DNA from: Spirochaetaceae bacterium
GTDB taxonomy: Bacteria; Spirochaetota; Spirochaetia; DSM-27196; PWMO01
Direction: 5' to 3'
DNA length: 64,000 nt
Assembly: GCA_007693485.1 (NCBI GenBank)
Contig: REDM01000178.1
Span: 7,092-71,091, forward strand
The notes below the pieces were generated by a model that saw only the letters and a program-made list of their open reading frames with translations, had not been told where the DNA came from and searched no databases. Shown here in pieces: positions 60,339-64,000 of this stretch. The position numbers were made by a program, and so were the translations under genes. Numbering within the stretch: the stretch's first letter is position 1; every line of letters begins with the position of its first letter.

Positions 60339-61466
60339 TTGGCAAAACGAGACTACTATGAGGTCCTCGGCCTCCAAAAAGGTGCGTCGAAGGACGAGAT
60401 AAAGAAAGCGTATCGTCGCGTGGCGGTCGATAACCACCCCGATCGGAATCCCGGCAACGCGGAGGCTGAGGAGCGCTTTAAAGAGGCCACCGAAGCGTAC
60501 GAAGTTCTTGCCGACGAGCAGAAACGCCAGGCGTACGACCAGTTTGGCTTTGCCGGAGTCGACGGGATGTCCGGCGGTTCCGGCGGCGGTTTTCATGATT
60601 TTTCCAGCGTCTTTCGCGACTTCGAAGACATTTTCGGCGACTTTGGTATCTTCGATTCGTTCTTTGGCGGGGGGCGGGGACGTGGCAGCCGTCGGGGGGC
60701 TAACCGGGGGTCAGATCTTCGATACGACCTCGAGATCTCGTTCATCGACGCGGTCTTCGGAACCAAGACCGAGATTGTCTACCCGCGGCACGCAGCCTGT
60801 GAGCAGTGCTCCGGCAGTGGAAGCGAAACCGGCGGGGGGAAGAAGACCTGTCCAACCTGTGGCGGCGCCGGACAGATTCGACGGAGTTCCGGGTTCTTTT
60901 CGGTGGCGTCCGTTTGTCCGAGCTGCAGCGGCCAGGGTTCCGTGATCGAAAACCCGTGCCGGGTGTGCAGCGGTTCCGGGCTGGTTGAGAAACGACAGAA
61001 GGTGAAGGTGTCGATTCCCGCCGGCATCGATACCGGAAAGCGAATCAGCATTCCCGGGCAGGGCGACGCTGGTCCGAGTGGGGGCACGCCAGGAGACCTC
61101 TACGTTGTCGTCAAGGTGCGACCGCACGAGTTCTACGAGCGACACGGCAACGACATCTACTGCGTCATTCCCATCGGCTTCGCGACCGCGGCTCTCGGGG
61201 GCGAAATCACGGTTCCGACTCTGGACAACAAACGCGTCAAGGTCAAAATCCCTTCGGGAACGCAGAACGATCGCGTGCTGAGGCTCAAGAATGAGGGTGT
61301 TCCCTTTCTGCAGGACTCGGCGCGGCGAGGCGACATGTACCTCAAAATACGCGTTACGGTGCCGAACAAGCTTTCGGGGAAGGCGAAGGCACTACTGCGC
61401 GAATTGGCGGAAGTTGAGGGCGAGGACCACAGCCCGCAACCCGTGCCACTTGCCCAACTGAAATAG
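60339..61466 (+). CDS. dnaJ: chaperone DnaJ
   Basis: HPD motif, G/F region and four CxxCxGxG. Confidence 0.97.
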   Translation: MAKRDYYEVLGLQKGASKDEIKKAYRRVAVDNHPDRNPGNAEAEERFKEATEAYEVLADEQKRQAYDQFGFAGVDGMSGGSGGGFHDFSSVFRDFEDIFGDFGIFDSFFGGGRGRGSRRGANRGSDLRYDLEISFIDAVFGTKTEIVYPRHAACEQCSGSGSETGGGKKTCPTCGGAGQIRRSSGFFSVASVCPSCSGQGSVIENPCRVCSGSGLVEKRQKVKVSIPAGIDTGKRISIPGQGDAGPSGGTPGDLYVVVKVRPHEFYERHGNDIYCVIPIGFATAALGGEITVPTLDNKRVKVKIPSGTQNDRVLRLKNEGVPFLQDSARRGDMYLKIRVTVPNKLSGKAKALLRELAEVEGEDHSPQPVPLAQLK

Positions 61467-61556
61467 CCGGCGTGTTTCTGGAACGCGAACGCGGACAGTG
61501 CGGTCTCATCACACGAACTTCTCAACCCGGCGCAATTCTGGTTCGATAATCAGAGG

Positions 61557-62132
61557 GTGAGAAGTCCACTTTCCCCCCGAACGGCCCGTCGCCGTCGTCA
61601 TCGTGATCCACGTTTTCTTTCCGGTATGATCGGACGCTTTCTGTTGGCCGTGGTCGTCTCCCTCGTGCTTCTTTCGCTTGGGGCTGCGGCGTACTACTGG
61701 ATTGCGTTTGGCTCGGGTGAAAACCTCTTTCGCGAGTACGTGGTTGTCTACCAGCAGTACGCGCGGGTGCGCACCGTGGAAATTGATGGTCGCACCGTTG
61801 AGCAACGGTTTCACGAAGTCGAGGCTCAGCCTCCGATTCGTCGGTGGGAAGTAGTGTTGCCGGCCTTGCTGATCAACAACGTTCTGGTGCTGGTACTGCT
61901 TACCGCGATTGCTCTCTGGTACTCCCACCGAATAACCGGCCCCATCTACCGAATTTCTAAAGATTTGAGTTCTGCCCTTGAGGGCCGGCGTGGTGTCACG
62001 ATACAACTTCGCAGAAACGACGAGTTCCGTGACCTCGCGCTGCTGCTGAACCGACTGCTTGGGGTGGCCGATGAGTGTCTTTCCTCTTCGGATGAATCGG
62101 AAGAGGATTCGACCGTACGAAATGAATCGTAA
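61557..62132 (+). CDS. two-TM membrane protein with HAMP-like segment
   Basis: SHRITGPIYRI...LRRNDEFRDLA.LLN after the second TM helix. Confidence 0.65.
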   Translation: MRSPLSPRTARRRRHRDPRFLSGMIGRFLLAVVVSLVLLSLGAAAYYWIAFGSGENLFREYVVVYQQYARVRTVEIDGRTVEQRFHEVEAQPPIRRWEVVLPALLINNVLVLVLLTAIALWYSHRITGPIYRISKDLSSALEGRRGVTIQLRRNDEFRDLALLLNRLLGVADECLSSSDESEEDSTVRNES

Positions 62133-62142
62133 GGAGGTGCCG

Positions 62143-62565
62143 ATGCGCATCGCAAGGGTACTGATTGGTGCGTCCGTAATTCTGATTGGAACGTTCTCCG
62201 TGTATGCAACGGGCCCGCAGCGAGCGCGCCCCCTCGCTTCCGACCAGCACTTTGAGGTTGAAGCCTATTCAAACGGCGCCGGTTGGATCGTTGGGGATAC
62301 CAACGGTGACGGTCGCATCGACTACGCGCTGAAACTCAACGATGTGTTTCGTAAAGAGATGGAAGCGGTGGACACCAACCACGACGGGCGAATGGATAAC
62401 TTTTATTTTTACCGCAATGAAGTACTTGTGCGCGAAGAGATCGATTCGAATCATGATGGACGGATAGATCTCTGGGTGTTTCTGACCGGAGGGATCTACA
62501 TCGAACGATACGAGCGCGATACCAACCACGATGGGGTCATCGACCTGGTCCGGAGATACGATTGA
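62143..62565 (+). CDS. exported protein with four DxNxDG calcium-binding-type repeats
   Basis: DTNGDGRID, DTNHDGRMD, DSNHDGRID, DTNHDGVID; SD AAGGAGG. Confidence 0.75.
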   Translation: MRIARVLIGASVILIGTFSVYATGPQRARPLASDQHFEVEAYSNGAGWIVGDTNGDGRIDYALKLNDVFRKEMEAVDTNHDGRMDNFYFYRNEVLVREEIDSNHDGRIDLWVFLTGGIYIERYERDTNHDGVIDLVRRYD

Positions 62566-63317
62566 GCGAAGCCGTTCAGACGATTACCGGGTATCATGCA
62601 ATCTGCGCGGCCATATCCTCGGTCGGACCACAGGACGCACACGCGACGCTCTATCTTCACGGGCAGGGGTCTCGAGGCGAGCAGCTCGAACGGCTTGCCC
62701 GTATCCACAAGGTGACCGTTCGGCGGGTTGATCGCCGTGAAATTGATCGAATTGGGGGCGAAAAAGCTCGCGGGGCAGTCCTGGTTGCCGCGCTGGCCGG
62801 GCCTTCGGTCCGCACGCTGACCGACGCGATCGCGTCGATCCGAGAGCAGCAGGCGATCGTTTTGGTTCTGGACCACCTCAGCGATCCGCACAATCTCGGT
62901 GCCATCCTGCGCTCGGCCGACCAGTTTGGCGTTGATTTCGTGGTGCTCCCCTCACGGCGAGCCGCGGGAAAAACCGACGCAGTGCTTCGCTCCTCGGCCG
63001 GAGCGGCCGCAGTGGTCTCGACCGTAGAGGTTCCTAACATCGCCGCCGCACTCGAGGCGTTGAAGAAGGCCGACTTCTGGATCTACGGTGCGGATATGAC
63101 CGGCGAGCCGGTTGACCAGCAACAACTGAGTGGACGAGTAGCGCTGGTACTGGGCAGCGAAGGCGAGGGGCTGAGCCGTCTGGTACGGGATCGGTGCGAC
63201 ACCGTCGTGCGAATTCCCACCGGTGGTACCGTGGACTCGTTGAATGTCAGCGTATCCGCAGGGATTCTTCTCTACGAGGCGAGCCGGCAGCAGCAGCGAT
63301 TTCGCGACCCGTCCTGA
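62562..63317 (+). CDS. rlmB: 23S rRNA (G2251-2'-O) methyltransferase
   Basis: LDHLSDPHNLGAILRSA, LGSEGEGL and SLNVSVSAGI. Confidence 0.93.
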   Translation: MSEAVQTITGYHAICAAISSVGPQDAHATLYLHGQGSRGEQLERLARIHKVTVRRVDRREIDRIGGEKARGAVLVAALAGPSVRTLTDAIASIREQQAIVLVLDHLSDPHNLGAILRSADQFGVDFVVLPSRRAAGKTDAVLRSSAGAAAVVSTVEVPNIAAALEALKKADFWIYGADMTGEPVDQQQLSGRVALVLGSEGEGLSRLVRDRCDTVVRIPTGGTVDSLNVSVSAGILLYEASRQQQRFRDPS

Positions 63318-63335
63318 CTCTCGGCCTGATCTCGA

Positions 63336-64000
63336 TCAGTTTCCGAAGATGCGTCCGCCGATGTCGCTTCGAAACCACGCCCCGTCAAAGCGAACCGACC
63401 CCACGGCTGCGTACGCGGTATTCATCGCGTCCAGCAGCTCCTTCCCGCGACCCACAACGGTAAAACAACGGCCGCTTCCGGTGAGTGTAACTCCGTCGCG
63501 CTCGGTGGTTGCCGCGTGGAACACCAGGGCTGAGTCGTCGGTCGGTAACCCCGTGACGGGGATGCCCGTATCGTACACGCCGGGATATCCTTTCGCCGCC
63601 ACAACCACTCCCACCGAACTTTTCGGAGACACTTCGATGGAGAACTCGGAGAGCCGCTGCTTGGTCATTGCCTCACACAGGTCGCCAAAATCAGCGCGAA
63701 TCAAGGGGAGCAGGACCTGTGCCTCGGGGTCTCCAAAGCGGACGTTGTACTCGAGAACGAAGGGACCGTTTGCCGTAACCATGATGCCGAAGTAGAGCAC
63801 GCCGACGAAGGAGAGGCCCTCCGCGCGCAGGGCGGTGAAGGTGGGCTCGACGATCTCGTTTTGTATCTGCTCCCATGCCGTGTTCTCGAGCCACGGGACC
63901 GGACAGATCGAGCCCATGCCGCCGGTGTTGGGCCCCGTTCCTCCATCACCCGCTTTTTTGTAATCGGTACAGCACGGGAGGAGTTGATGGGTAATGCCGT
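63336..64000 (-). CDS. purD: phosphoribosylamine-glycine ligase (3' part; starts beyond window)
   Basis: GPNTGGMG, LEYNVRFGDPE, GYPG and FHAAT. Confidence 0.93.
   Translation of the reverse strand, partial: GITHQLLPCCTDYKKAGDGGTGPNTGGMGSICPVPWLENTAWEQIQNEIVEPTFTALRAEGLSFVGVLYFGIMVTANGPFVLEYNVRFGDPEAQVLLPLIRADFGDLCEAMTKQRLSEFSIEVSPKSSVGVVVAAKGYPGVYDTGIPVTGLPTDDSALVFHAATTERDGVTLTGSGRCFTVVGRGKELLDAMNTAYAAVGSVRFDGAWFRSDIGGRIFGN

Overview
GC-rich chromosomal segment that is almost certainly from a spirochaete (phylum Spirochaetota). The evidence is a SpiroCoCo-type giant coiled-coil protein, rpsB-tsf-frr order without pyrH, and a BMP-family lipoprotein. Most of the window is housekeeping: rpsF-ssb-rpsR-rplI-dnaB; maf-rpsB-tsf-frr-uppS-cdsA-rseP; tRNA-Arg(CCG); rny-ymdB-tlyA; ptsI-der; grpE-dnaK-dnaJ; rlmB; partial purD. 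No integrase, transposase, prophage or CRISPR array was seen. Two accessory systems stand out. (1) At about 30.9-36.7 kb, a cysteate synthase is directly followed by an alpha-oxoamine synthase resembling the Bacteroidota cysteate acyltransferase, beside a two-domain VOC protein, kbl and a divergent TetR gene. This is a candidate sulfonolipid (capnine) pathway outside Bacteroidota. (2) At about 5.3-12.7 kb there is a rewired nitrogen-control module: a NifA-like activator, a sigma54 promoter for amtB-P-II, a P-II lacking the modifiable Tyr51, and a GlnE carrying GlnD-type ACT domains. Also notable are a TPR/beta-barrel/ExbBD/TonB operon, a MerR fused to a degenerate nucleotidyltransferase-like domain, several likely leaderless genes and two clean operator palindromes. 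All family assignments come from motif recognition by eye; no database searches were run.
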